Source: Octopus vulgaris
Taxonomy: Eukaryota
Direction of reading: 5' to 3'
Length of the DNA: 64,000 bases
NCBI GenBank assembly: GCA_951406725.2
Contig: OX597823.1
Location: forward strand, 90,520,001 to 90,584,000
Of the stretch, positions 13,301 to 26,904 are shown in pieces. The notes under the pieces were generated by a model, which ran no database searches, was not told the origin of the DNA, and saw nothing but the letters and a program-made list of their open reading frames with translations. A program made the position numbers and the translations under genes. The stretch's first letter is position 1; each line of letters begins with the position of its first letter.

Positions 13301-13351
13301 AGCTTCCTGATGATTTCTTTTGAATGAAACAGTTCTAGTCCTGTAGAAGCT
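13301..13351 (+). ncRNA. Type I hammerhead ribozyme motif
   Basis: AGCTTC-CTGATGA-T-TTC(TTTT)GAA-T-GAAA-CAG(TTCTAGTC)CTG-TA-GAAGCT: 6-bp stem I, stem II, 4-bp stem III and GUA cleavage triplet. Confidence 0.75.
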
Positions 13352-13502
13352 CCTTCTATATAATAAATTAATTTACTCTGCTATGTATTGAGTACCTTAT
13401 TTACTGTGGTTAACCCCGACTCAACCCGGGACCTACATATATCTATATATATATACACACACATACATACGTAATTATATACATACATACATGTCAACTC
13501 AA

Positions 13503-14020
13503 AAAGTACCCTTGAATCGTAGGGTGACATGCTGTACATGAGGAGACCTATTGAGTTAAGTACATCAACATCAAAATGAAATCAAATCACAATCAAATGG
13601 AAATTGTAGTTGTGGTCCCCATGTCGGTGGCATGTAAAAAGCACCATCCGAACGTGGTCAATGCCAGGCCCCTTTCCCCAACTGGTTTCTGTGCTGGTGG
13701 CACAAAAAAAGCAACATCCAAATGTGGCCGATGCCGGCACTGCCTTGGGTGGCTCCCATGCTGGTGGCACGTAAAAAGCACCGACTGCTCGTGATCGATG
13801 CCAGCCCCCTCTGGGCCCTGTGCCAGTAGCATGTAAAAAGCACCCACTACACTATCACAATGGTTGGCGTTAGGAAGAGTATCCAGCTGTAGAAACATTG
13901 CTAGATCAGACTGGTGCCTGGTGCAGCATCCTGGCTTTCCACTCCCCAGTCAAACCGTCCAACCCATGCCAGCATGGAAAAACGGACGTTAAACAATGAT
14001 GATGATGATGATGATGATGA
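13503..14020 (+). mobile_element. RTE 3'UTR-derived repeat (family A) with four internal units
   Basis: Repeated GTGC.GGTGGCAC..AAAAAGCACC units and the conserved 3' end with (ATG)n. Confidence 0.85.
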
Positions 14021-14048
14021 TAATATATATATACATATATAAAATCTG

Positions 14049-14282
14049 TATTAAATTAAGAGAAGAAAATGGAGCACTAGTGGCTAATAGGTCACATATA
14101 ATTTTTTAATGTCTAACTTTTCCCTGATAATATTTTTCTCATAACTTATAAATGCAAATTTAATGCATAAATTTGTAATTTATTCAATGAGTTTAAATGC
14201 AAACAGCTGTAGGAAGAAATGATTATCAATTTATTGATAAATATTAAACACTAATTCTCCATTTTCTTCCCTTAATTTAATA
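14049..14282 (+). mobile_element. Element with 41-bp inverted ends enclosing a degenerate hammerhead motif
   Basis: TATTAAATTAAGAGAAGAAAATGGAG... is inverted at the right end; internal TTCC-CTGATAA...GCAAAC-AGCT-GTA-GGAA at 14120-14215. Confidence 0.6.
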
Positions 14283-15372
14283 TGGAATATATTTATATTG
14301 ATTTAGGGAAATTTTATTTCCCAAAGACATAAGGTATAGAAGTTGTCTTTTTTTTAATGTAATCATTTCTTTAAGAGTTTTATACATCCGCTAATTAACT
14401 TATATATATATATGTATATAAATGGAACAAAAACGCAATAGAGGTCATTAAAACGTTTGGGCAGATAGATGATACAAAGGCAGACAAGAGAAACAATATT
14501 TAGAAATACAGGCAAAAACAAACAGGTCATTCTTGGCTTTCTTTCCTCAGTCAAGTACCAGAAATCACAACCATTTCAAGCAGCTACACTTGAGATGGTG
14601 CGATCTGGTTGTGCCCAAAAAAGTGTAAGCTAAGAGCATTAGGACCCCTTTGTAAGAAAGCTGACGAATGTATACGGCAACAAAGACAAAAAAAACACAA
14701 ACAAAAATCAGAGAATATGGTACACAATTATGAATACAACAACAAGAAATAACAACAGGTGTCTTTCGACTGAGAACAATTCAAATTGTATATATATATA
14801 TATGTGTATATATGTATGTGTGTGTATATATATATATATATATATACACGCACATACTCTCTTCCCCAAAATATGAGTTTTTAAGGTTTCTGCTACATTT
14901 CTTCCTGAAATAATTGAAAAATGAATTGATGAGAGAATATTTACATGACTGCTTGTCCTTGCACTGTAAGGAATAATGGCACAAATCTGATTTTAAGGGA
15001 GGGAGCTTGTTGATTATATTGATTCCAGTGTTCAACTGGTGCTTATTTTATAGAACCCAAAGGGATGAAAGGCAAAATTTGACCTCACTGGAATTTGAAC
15101 CCAGAATATAAAGAATTGGAAGAAATGCTATTTGACATTTTGTCTGCCTCCCTAATGATTCTGCCAGCTCAGCACAAGATTAATAGTGAGAAAGCTATTT
15201 TACAAAATTGGAGCCTGGTGCAGCCTCCTGTCTCTGCAGACCTCAGTCAAACCATCAAACCTATGATTCTAAGAATTATATAAGTTTAATACATTAACTG
15301 CCATGGCCTCTTATTGGAGCTCATTGCTGATGCCGTATATTTCGTGTGTTGAGTCTGTGTCCAACCTCACAA

Positions 15373-15600
15373 TTAACCCTTTAACATTTAAACTGACCAT
15401 ATCCAGCCTAATGTTTTCTATCCGTTTTATGTTCAAAGTGGCCAGATCTGGCCTCTTACACCAACCTAACAATGTCACTGTAAAAATAAGCAATCATGCC
15501 ATTCCAATGTCATAGCAATGCGATAATGCCGGATTAATTCAAAACAATGTGAATATATAAGCACGACGGTAGACAGAGGAATCTGAATGCTAAAATGTTA
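15373..15600. mobile_element. TTAA/CCCTT-ended MITE (piggyBac-like ends)
   Basis: TTAACCCTTTAACATT...AATGCTAAA(G)GTTA(A); copies at 17776-18004, 20935-21151 and 56029-56190. Confidence 0.65.
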
Positions 15601-17235
15601 CAATTTTGATATCAACAACAAAATGATACAGAAAACAAAATGAAGATAAACTCTGTCAAATATTGCAAAGGTAGACAACCACTGGATTATATTTCATATC
15701 ATTGTTGTCTTTGTATTACTGAGAAAAGACATCAGCAAATGTTTAAAACATGAGACTAAAATCACTCCGTTGAATGTAACTGTAATGATGGAGGTGGCTG
15801 GCAGTGATTATAACAATGAGAACCAAAATGCTAATTCAATTATTTCCTTCTCTTCTAAATTAAATAAGCCATTATTAGTTTAATTAGAGGTGTAAAAGTA
15901 ATTTTAAATTTTCTGTAATACTAGTTTAAATGATAAAAACAAGAAAAGAAAAGAAAAATAAATAGATAAAGAACCAACTGTTTCCGATGAGAAATAACAG
16001 AAATTATTTCCTTCATTGTTGCTCATTTAAATCATTTCTTTTTTTGTTTTTGCTGTTGTTTCTTTTGTCTGAGAGTTCAACCTACCAACCATGTTATTAT
16101 GGCATTATGTGACGCAATTAATAATAATATTTGCAAGTCTGAAGTGACAGATTTAGTAATTAAACAAGATAAATTGCTAACAGGTTTCTTTACGTTACTT
16201 GTTTAAAGCAATTAAACACACACTTAATGTATTAAAAGCACATGATACCAACGAAAAACATGAGCAGCAGATTTTTACTATCAAACAGAAATCGTGTAAC
16301 AATCTGACATTAGATTCCTTAAGCAAGAAAAACAGAAAACCCACCAACATTATTGTATTTGCCTCATGTTCAAGTCAAAGGTTGGAAGGTGTTTATATGG
16401 TTGTTTGACATGCTAGAAATAGCAGAAAAATGTCCTGCATATTGCATTTTAATTTACAAAAAAAAAAAAAGGAATGATATATTTAATAATGTCCTAGATA
16501 CATTGTTTCAGAGTGAAGGCTAGAATATTGGTTTCAAATTTTGGCAGAGGGCCAGAAATTTTGAGGGGAAGGGCTATTTGTTTCCATCAGCCTCAGTACT
16601 CGACTTGTACTTATTTTATTGACTCCAAAATGATGAAAGGCAAAGTTGACCTTGGTGGAATTTGAACTCAGAGTGTAAAGATGGATGAAACGTCATTAAG
16701 TATTTTGCCTGGTGTGCTAACGATTCTGCCAATTTGCTGCTCTAATGAAAGTTAATGAAAGCTATTCATAACTGGCATGCATTTGATCAATTATAAGTGT
16801 GAGTGATCAGAGCTGACCTAGGGTTGAACAACAACAACAACAACAACAATAAATCTGCCAGCTTCATTTAGAAGCCAACAAAATAAAGCATTTATGTGGT
16901 TATTCAAAAAGCTAGAAGTAGCAGATAAATATTCCTCAAGTCACCTTGCATCAGCTTAAAATAAAATGGAAGGACACGCATGATAATGTAGTCCTTAATA
17001 CACTGTGTCTGAACAGTGAGGTCACAGCTGAAAAATGGCTATGTAATGAAGTGATGTCAAGAAAGGAGACACATACATATAATACATGGTGGGATTCTTT
17101 CAGTTTCCATCTACTAAATCTACTCACAAGGCACTGATCATCCTGAAGCTACAGTTGAAGACACTTGCCACATGGTAGGACTGAGCCTAAAACTACACAG
17201 TTGCAAAGCAAGCTTTTCAAGCACATCCTGTAGAG

Positions 17236-17630
17236 TCAAGTAAGACCAATATCGTAGCTGGGGCTGGTGCCCCTAGCTGGCTTCTGTGCTGGTGGTACGT
17301 AAAAAGCATCAGCCAAACATGGCTGATGCCAGTACCCCCAGACTGGCTCCTGTGCTGGTGACATGAAAAAAGCACCATCTGAATGTGGTCGATGCCAATC
17401 CCTCAGACTGCCTCCTGTACCGGTGGCATGTAAAAGCACCATCTGAATTGTGGTCGATACCAGGTCCGCCTGAATGGCTCCTGTACCGGTAGCACGTAAA
17501 AAGCACCCACTACACTCTTGGAGTGGTTGGCATTACGAAGGGTATCCAGTTGTAGAAACATTGCCAGGTCAGATTGGAGTCTGGTGCAGCCTCCTGGTTT
17601 TCCAGCCCTCAGTCAAACCATCCAACCCAT
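17236..17630 (+). mobile_element. RTE 3'UTR-derived repeat (family A), 3'-truncated
   Basis: Four internal units plus the conserved CATCCAG.TGTAGAAAC block. Confidence 0.8.
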
Positions 17631-18424
17631 GATTCTAAGAATTATATAAGTTTAACACGTTAACTGCCATGGCCTCTAACTGGAGCTCATTGGTGATGCT
17701 ACATATTCCGTGTTATTGCTCTCAGTATAGTAATAGCTGCGATGGAAGTAGATGAGTCTGTGTTCAACCTCACAATTAACCCTTTAACATTTAAACTGAC
17801 CATATCCAGCCTAAAGTTTTCTACCCGTTTTATGTTCAAAGTGGTCTGATCTGGCCTCTCACACCAACCTAACAATATCACTGTAAAAATAAGCAATCAT
17901 GCCATTCCAATGTCATAGCAATGAGATAATGCCGGATTAATTCAAAGTAATGCGAATATATAAGCCTGGCGTTAGACAGAGTAATCTGAATGCTAAAGTG
18001 TTAAATCTTTGATATTTATCACCCGAGTTATTCAAATGTTCTCAAAATCGTGTCAAAGACACAGAATAAAATATTTTCACAAATTATGAAAATGTAACAC
18101 AGGTGATGCATGAGGTGGCTGTGTGAAGTTGGCGATGAACCACCACTGATGATGGAATGTGCAGCAGTTAACACGTTAATCATCAACATCTTCATAATTA
18201 AAAAAGAATATTCAAAGAAAAACAAGAAAACAATATAGAAATGAAGAGTTAATGCTTTGCTCTCAAATAAAAATTATCCCTCTTTTCGGTAAGGTACCAT
18301 TTTCTAACAATTCAAAAGTGAATTCTGAAACTAAACTAACAACAACAGACAAGGTTAGTCCTTGTGCCACACAGAAATAAACTACTTTTGGCACCATTCA
18401 AAGATCATGTTACACTGTTTTTGG

Positions 18425-18456
<32 letters not shown>

Positions 18457-19256
18457 CTCCGTGGAGAGATCGACTCTCAACCAGGCTGTAGAATAAATAA
18501 ATTTTCATTCAGCCAAAAACTGTGAAGTATTTTTTATCAGATTTTTCATCTCTTCGTATTCTGAATGACTAACTTAGATCAGATGGTTACAATGTAGAGA
18601 GTTCGTTGAAAAGATAAGCTGATATACAGGGATGGGTGGGATGTGACCGGGGGCGGAGGGGTAGGGGAGAAAACAAAACAAAAGGAAAAAAACAGAGAGA
18701 GATATTCTGCAGCAATGAAGATACTTCGAATTTAAGATACTGTAAAATAATAATAATATTAATAATAATGATAAGAAGAAGAATGAAATGGAATAGAATA
18801 AAATGAAGTGATATTATGGGTAATGAAGATGATGAAGATTTAAGATTTAAGATTAAAAATAGTTAAAAACAATTTCGGTAGTAGTGAGATGTTAAAAGGC
18901 TGCCTTGCAGAAAGTTTTGCAAGAACATGAAAGGAATGTGAAGAGAGATAAGGATAGGATAGGATGGAAGATTACCAGACGATGGAGAGATGAGGAAAGG
19001 CACTATTCATTGAGGAAAAGTTCCAAATAATAATAATGATAATAATAGTAATAATAATAATGATTTCAAATTTTGGCACAAGGCTAGCAATTTTGGTACT
19101 TATTTTAATGACCTTGAAAGGATGAAAGCAAAGTCAATCTCGGTGGAATTTGAACTCAGAACCTAAAGACAGATGAAATACCACTAAGCATTTTGCCCAG
19201 CATGCTAATGATTCTGCCAACTTGCCGCCTTAATAATAATAATAATAATAATAATG

Positions 19257-19329
19257 AGAAGAAGAAGAAGAAGAAGAAGAAGAAGAAGAAGAAGAAGAAG
19301 AAGAAGAAGAAGAAGAAGAAGAAGAAGAA
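19257..19329. repeat. (AAG)n microsatellite
   Basis: About 24 perfect GAA units. Confidence 0.95.
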
Positions 19330-21257
19330 TGGTGATGATGATGATGATAAATATTGAATGTTGTGAGTTTTGGCAAGCCATACTGGTGACTTGATTCTGA
19401 CTCACTGTTGGGGACTTTTGGATGGGTAAAAGGCCTTTGATAGGAGTCAGATGGAATTCATTAAGGTAGATTTTCTACAGCTGGATGCCCTCCCTGTTGC
19501 TAACTCTCCACCTGTTTGCAAGTAAGGTAATATTTCCTCAATTCTGGACAGGCTTTTCAGAGAAGATTGTGAAAAAAAGAACAGCTCCAGGCTAACCAAA
19601 GCCTCGTGATTAGACTTGGTAGACAGAAACTTCTGTGGAAGTGTTCTTTTAGTGTTTGCTTGTTATATATTCTTTTCTATTCTTGGCACAAGGCCTAAAA
19701 TTTTGGGGAAGGGAGCCAGTTGATTAGATCAACCCCAGTACACAACTGGTACTTAATTTATCAACCCCGAAAAGATGAAAGGCAAAGTCAACCTCGGCAG
19801 AATTTGAACTCAGAACATAAAGACAGATGAAATACCACTAAGCATTTTACTCATCGTGCTAATTATTCTCCCAGTTTGCCGCCTTTGGTTGTTATATATT
19901 GGCAGTGGTTGTGGTGTTGGTGGTGATTGTGGTGTTGGTGGTGTTGGCAGTGGTTGTGGTGGTGGTAGGGATCTTAGTATTGGGTTAGTCTATGCTCATA
20001 TGTGTATATATATGTATATATATACTATGTATTTGTCAGTATATATTTAATGTTGTACTTTTTATTTGCAGCATATATAAGACCTATAAACCAGATGTGG
20101 TGGTTTCAAAACTCCAGTAACAAAGAACTCAAGCTATCCATTCAACCAATTGTCAATTCACATCCAATAATTGTTAATTTACATTTCCACACTTGTTAAG
20201 GTTCTTCAACATGAAACCATTCAATAACATGAATTAGCTGTTATGAGACTATATATATAATACTGAATAAATAATATATATGTGTCTGTGAGAGTGTGTG
20301 TGTGTGCATATATGAAAGATTCTTATATAGAATTAGATTGAAAGAATTGGAGCAGAGGAACTACATTATACTAAAAGTTAGAGACTTTCCCAAGAGTATT
20401 GGTGACATAAGCCAAGCTGTTGAACATAGGAACTGAAATTATATCACAGTCATGGTTTGTCAAAAACTTACATTTATATGTGTGTGGGTGTGTATTGTAT
20501 ATTATACAGAAACACACATATGCAGTGCATAAATTTCTCAAGGATATTTGCTAATTATTTTTAAAATTAAGCTATCATATTTCATTCACCCTTATATTCG
20601 AGGGTTTAAAACAACATCCGTGACTAACAATCAGGTTTGTTATGGTAACCATCATCCTCCCCCTCATTATTCCTGTCACCCCATCAGCCCTTCCTTGTTC
20701 AATAGATACTGTCACCCATATCCCCACCAACATCAGTGAGAGAAGATCTCTATGTTGTTAGAGGACATGATGGAAATAGCTGCTAATTCTTCCTCGACAT
20801 CCCTATTTACCATCTTAAAAAAAAAAATGGTGGGTGAACATATTTGATGTAGTTTTAGATATACAAAAAGTAGGGATGATCATGGGTGGAATATCTTTTA
20901 TCAAAGATCTGCCCATCCAGAACAAATCTGTCAGTAACCTTTTAGCATTTAAATTAACCATATTTGACCTAAATATTCTGCCCATTTTATGTTTAAACTG
21001 GCCAGATCCAGCCTCTTACACCTCCCTACAATGTCATCCTAAAGATAAACAATCACATAATCGAAATCTCAAAGGCACAAGATTAACTTAAAACAATGTG
21101 AATAAATAAGGATTATCTTTGACAGAGTAATCTGAATGCTAAAAGGGTTAAACAAGAAGACTTGATGATCTCAGATGATACAAAGATAAAAGCTTGAACA
21201 TTTTAATTAACACAACCTCGAATCGAATTTATTTATATATATATATATATATATATT

Positions 21258-21603
21258 GTACTGACTACTGTGCCAGTGGCACGTAAAAAATGCCTACTGA
21301 TTGTGACTGATGTCAGTACCCAACTGACTGGTGCCTGTGCCGGTGACACTTAAAAAGCACCATCTGAACATGTTCGATGCCAGGCCCACCTTACTAGTTC
21401 CTGTGCAGGTGGCACGTAAAAAGCACCTACTACACTCTTGGAGTGGTTGGTGTTAGGAAGAGCATCCAGCTGTAGAAACCTTCCCAGATCAGACTGGAGC
21501 CTGATGCAGCCACAGGGTTCTCCAGACTTCAGTCAAACCATCCAACCCATGCCAGCATGGAAAACGGACGTTAATCGATGATGATGATGATGATGATGAT
21601 GAT
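21258..21603 (+). mobile_element. RTE 3'UTR-derived repeat (family A)
   Basis: Three internal units and an (ATG)n tail. Confidence 0.85.
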
Positions 21604-22129
21604 ATGTACACACAATATGTTTCTGTAAGTTTCAATTCATCAGATCCACTCACAAACCTTTGATCAACATGAGCTTATTGAAGAAAACAGCTACTTAAGG
21701 TGCCATGCAGTGGAATTGAACCCACATCCACATGCTTCGGAGGGTAGCTTCTGAAGCACTCCTGCCCCTACTTGAAATTTACCAGCTTCAGTGATATTAG
21801 AAAAGAGTCTGAGACTATGAGATACATTTTGAATAAACATCCCATGGTATCAGTCAGACAGTCGTATCAAAAATAAATTCAGGCTACCCAGGGTGGGGAT
21901 AATATGTAAACATAAACGAGATTGTGTTATACATTGTAGAGATGAGATTACAATAGGCTCAGCCCCTGCGTCACAGGGTGGCTGTGTTAGTTTAGACTGG
22001 GTGGGGACTCCAGTTCAAGTTTACTCAAATGGTATGTTTACATAATATACGCACACACACACACTCACACATACGTATACATAAACATGCACACACACAC
22101 ACATGCACACACACACACGCACACACTTT

Positions 22130-22520
22130 TAGGTTTTACTCGTTTCAGTCAGAGGGTGGCCATGCTGGGGCACCACCCCAAAGAACTTTTTGTCAAATGT
22201 ATCAATCCTGGTAATTATTATTTTTTCTAAGTCTGGTACTTATGCCATCAGTCTCTTTTGTTGAACTGCTAAGTTACAGAAATGCAAACTCAGAGTCTCA
22301 GTTGTCAAGTGGTGTGGGGAGGGGACAAAGACACACACACACGTGCATACATACATATATACAATGGGCTTCTTTTGGTTTCTACCTAGCAAATCTACTT
22401 ACAAGGCCTTGGTCGGTCCGAGGCTGTAGTAGAAGACACATACCTGAAGTGCCACTCAGTGGAACTGAACCTGGAACCATTTGGTTGAGAAGCAAGCTTC
22501 TTACCACACAACCATGCTTA
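22130..22520 (-). mobile_element. tRNA-derived SINE (family B)
   Basis: Reverse-complement match to 23680-24095. Confidence 0.75.
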
Positions 22521-22848
22521 AGGTACCATGCAGTGGGTTTGAACTCATAACCACATGTTTGGGAGGGATGCTCCTGGACTAGTTGTTGAGTGTCCCACCC
22601 ATGAGGGATCGATGCTAGATGTGATGAAACAATTGTTGTGATTAATAATAAATTCTCGTATATTCCATCTTCCATCTTTCATTTACTATATATATATATA
22701 TCATCATCATTGTTTAACGCCCGCTTTCCATGCTAGCATGGGTTGGACGGTTCGACTGGGGTCTGAGAAGCCAGGAGGCTGCACCAGGCCCAGTCTGATG
22801 TGGCAGTGTTTCTACAGCTGGAGGCCCTTCCTAACACTGTAGAAGGGC

Positions 22849-22889
<41 letters not shown>

Positions 22890-23679
22890 GGTAGATAGAT
22901 AGATAGATAGGTTTGAGATATATATATATACACATACAAACATTTTATAGATACACACACATATATAGATACATATAACTATATATATATTCTGCAAGAT
23001 AAACACACACTCTTGATGGCATGGACCTAAACCTGGATAAAGAATTTGAAGATTAAGTTCAAGGTTTGTGAACGATCTTAATATTTTCCTGACCAGAGAT
23101 ATCATTGATGCATTTAAACAACTGTAGTGTAAAGGTGAGCATTGGGTCACATGTGTGGTCATGAAGGGCAGCTGGATGAGGTTTTTAAGTGTTTGGCAAT
23201 TGTCCAAGAGAAATTGTCTTTAGTGACAGCAACTGGATAATAGATTTAGTTTCCATTTGAGCGATAACAACTGGATTTTGAAAGAATATTTCAAGCTTTT
23301 CAGTTAGATCATGTGTTTGGTTTCGGGTTCCGTTGATAAATGGAGTCATTATCATCGTTGTTTTAATGTCCACTTCTCTATAGTTCCATACATCAGAAAG
23401 AATTCATTGAAGCAGATTTTCTGTGGCTGGATGCCTTTTCCTGTCATCAACTCTCACGTGTTTTAAAGCATTCCCCATGGCCAGACATGTTTGCCATCGA
23501 AGACTGGAAACTTCATTGCTGTTATGATGGTGATACTCATTAGTAGTTGCATGATATCAAAACAATCACACACACACACACACACAAAAGAAGGGGTTGT
23601 TTCTATTTCCATCTTCCTAATTCACTCACAAGCTTTTGGTTAGCTTAAGGTGACAGCAGAGGTCTTTGCCCAAGATGTT

Positions 23680-23842
23680 GCGCAGGAGTGGCTGTGTGGT
23701 AAGTAGCTTGCTAACCAACCACATGGTTCTGGGTTCAGTCCCACTGTGTGGCATCTTGAGCAAGTGTCTTCTGCTATAGCCCCAGGCTGACCAAAGCCTT
23801 GTGAGTGGATTTGGTAGACGGAAACTGAAAAGAAGCCCGTCG

Positions 23843-23873
<31 letters not shown>

Positions 23874-24095
23874 TTCTGTGTCTGTGTTTGTCCCCCTAAC
23901 ATCGCTTGACGACCGATGCTGGTGTGTTTATGTCCCCGTTACCTAGCGGTTCGGCAAAAGAGACCGATAGAATAAGTACTGGGCTTACAAAAAGAATAAG
24001 TCCCAGGGTCAAGTTGCTCGATTAAAGGCGGTGCTCCAGCATGGCCGCAGTCAAATGACTGAAACAAGTAAAAGAGTAAAAGAGAGTAAAAGAGA
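23680..24095 (+). mobile_element. Full-length tRNA-derived SINE (family B), nested in an older antisense copy
   Basis: A box TGGCTGTGTGG, B box GGGTTCAGTCCC, central (TA/TG)n and (GTAAAAGA)n-type tail; high CpG retention. Other copies on - at 27728-28140, 28580-28730, 40895-41250, 50270-50630 and 52400-52800. Confidence 0.85.
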
Positions 24096-25285
24096 GTGGG
24101 ATTGAACCTGCAACCATATGATTGGAAACTAGACTTCTCAACTACTCAGCAATCTCTAGTTCTAGTTAATAAGACTCCATGCTATTGGGGTGCATTCAGA
24201 TCTGTAGTGCGTGAGTTTCCATATGTGTTGGGTCAAACAAGTGTAGTTTCTTTCAATATTTCAATCTAAATGAGTGTAAATGTTGATAGTATCAACTCTT
24301 AAATGTATTATGTAAATATGCAGTAACGAAACAGCTGAAGACAAACAGTGCTGACTTTGCCAAAGAAAGAATAATGTAAATATTTAAGGATGTCTGTGAT
24401 GCTTGAAGTAATCCAGAAGCTACAAATCTTGCCTTGTATAGAAAGATACTCCCATTAGATGGGGGCAGGCAGTGGCATGAGAAATGAAGCTTGCTTGAGA
24501 TGGTTATCTAAATATCTTGATAATAGAAACCAGAAGTTTTCTCAACAAAGAAATGATAAAAGCCATCTTGTGTGAGATGTATGACATAGGTGAGAGTGGG
24601 GTGAGAGAAAGTATCAACTGCAAACTGATTGGTTGTTAAATAAGAGTAACCTAAAATGTTATTTGCACTTTACCATAATATTAACACATTCATTCTATGA
24701 CACTTGGGGTTAAAAGGTTCTCTTACACCCCAAATTTTAAATATTAATTTCACAAGGAGCTGAGTCGATCATACAAAATACATAGACATTTATACGAGTA
24801 TATACACATAGCTATACATGCAATTATATACAGACCTAAACAGGGTTTATAGATTTTGTAAATATTTGTGAATATCATGAAGCATGTATATATGTCCATG
24901 TGTGCACATGCTTGTGACTATACATAAACATGTGCACAGATATAGATGTGTGGATGGATGTGTATACTTTGTATATACATTTGCATATATAAAATCTCAG
25001 GTCTGAGGTATCTTTGGAGTAAAACGATGGGGAGTATTCAAGAAAGATGTTAAGAGACTGAGAGTTGTAAAGGAGTGGTAGTAGAGTAAGAGTGTTAGAG
25101 TGAGATAAAGAAATAGTGTTAGATTATGACATCAAACACCTGTCTCTTTTCTTTCTCCTTCATTTTCTCTTTAATTTCTCTCTTTCTCTCTCATACATTC
25201 CTATTCATCTCTCTGTGATGACAACATACACAGTATATTATATATGTGTGTGTGGTGTGTATAAATATACATATATATATATATA

Positions 25286-25572
25286 ATGGAAATTGTAGTT
25301 GTGATATCCTCACTAGTGACACGTAAAAAGCACCAACCGATCATGGCTGTTGCCAGCCTCCTACGGCCCCTGTGCCGGTGGCACGTAAAAAGGACCCACT
25401 ACACTCACGGAGTGGTTGGCGTTAGTTAGGAAGGGCATCCAGCTGTAGAAACACTGCCAGCTCAGACTGGAGCCTGGTGCAGCCTCCAGGCTTCCCAGAC
25501 CCCGGTCGAACCATCCAACCCATGCCAGCATGGAAAACGGATGTTAAACGATGATGATGATGATAATGATGA
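25286..25572 (+). mobile_element. RTE 3'UTR-derived repeat (family A)
   Basis: Conserved 3' block and (ATG)n tail. Confidence 0.85.
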
Positions 25573-25890
25573 CTTACTAATGTAGAGAGCCCGCTCAGTC
25601 ATGGTGTGTGTTCTTTGAAGCTTGTTTTCAGAGTGATCCAATCTGGTCTTTCCCTTCTCCTTTACTTCAACTCCTGCCCCCTAAAAACACACACACATAC
25701 ACACTGGAAGGGGGTTTGTTTATCTATCAGCCCTTAAAATATGCTAACAACTTGAAGGTGTTGTATGTTGAGAGAAAGGGAGAGACTAACAAAACCAGGC
25801 TGCCAGCCTGCCAGTCACCGAGATCTATATATTTCATCTGTTGGCTTTTGGTGAAGAATTCCTATAGGAAAGGCAATGTGTGTGAGTGTG

Positions 25891-25938
<48 letters not shown>

Positions 25939-26009
25939 TTGTGTGCCAGAGAGAGCAAAGAGAGGTGGGTTGAAGTGATGGCACCAATGGTGATGAGAAA
26001 TGCTAGGAT

Positions 26010-26135
26010 GATATTATGATGACGATGATGATGGTGATAAAGATGATGATGATAGAGATGACGATGATGGTGATGATAGTGATGATGATGATGATGATGA
26101 CGATGATGATGATGATGATGATGACGACGATGATG

Positions 26136-26167
<32 letters not shown>

Positions 26168-26208
26168 GGAGATGACGATGATGGTGATGATAATGATGAT
26201 GATGATGG
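26010..26208. repeat. Imperfect (ATG)n microsatellite
   Basis: About 200 bp of GAT/GAC/GGT triplets. Confidence 0.95.
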
Positions 26209-26867
26209 TGCCGTGTTGGATAAGCTGTCTTGGCCATCCACTTTTCTCCTGATCAATTTCTTCTTTTTCTTCCTCCTCCCTCAGGAAAGCAACTCTGTCA
26301 ACACATCACGTTGTTGTTGTTGTTTCTCGTTGTTGTTCTTCAATGTACAAGGAGGAATCACTGGGGGGAGGAGGTAATTGATGGTTGGGTGGGTGGGTGC
26401 GGGGTGGGTGGAAAAATATCTGGATTTTTAGAAGAGAGAACATATGAAGGCGCCAGGGTGATGACTGACCTTTTTTCTTCATATATAAATGTGTATGTTT
26501 GTGTGTGTCTATGTATGTATGCGTGTATATATATAAATGTAAATATATATATATATATATATATATATACGTATGTGTGTTTCTGTGTATAATCTATGTG
26601 TGTATGTGCATATATACATGTATGTGTATATATATTATGTATATATTTACATTTGTATGTATATGTACATAAATGTATGTGTTTGTGTGTGTGCATAAAC
26701 GTGTGTGTGTATATATATATATATTTATGTATGTAAACATGCATGTATAAATGCAGATATGTTTATATGAATGTATATATCAACAGTGCTTGTATATGTG
26801 TGCGTGTTTCTATATTTATGCATGTGTGTATGTATGCATGTGTATGTATGTGTATATCATCATCATC

Positions 26868-26904
<37 letters not shown>

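Noticed and set aside
23015-23330. Possible Penelope ORF N-terminal remnant on - (H..FL..C...LI pattern)
   Set aside because: The similarity is too weak to support by eye and needs a profile search
25815-26256. Poly-His/Met/Ser ORFs
   Set aside because: They derive from an (ATG)n microsatellite, with no flanking coding signal
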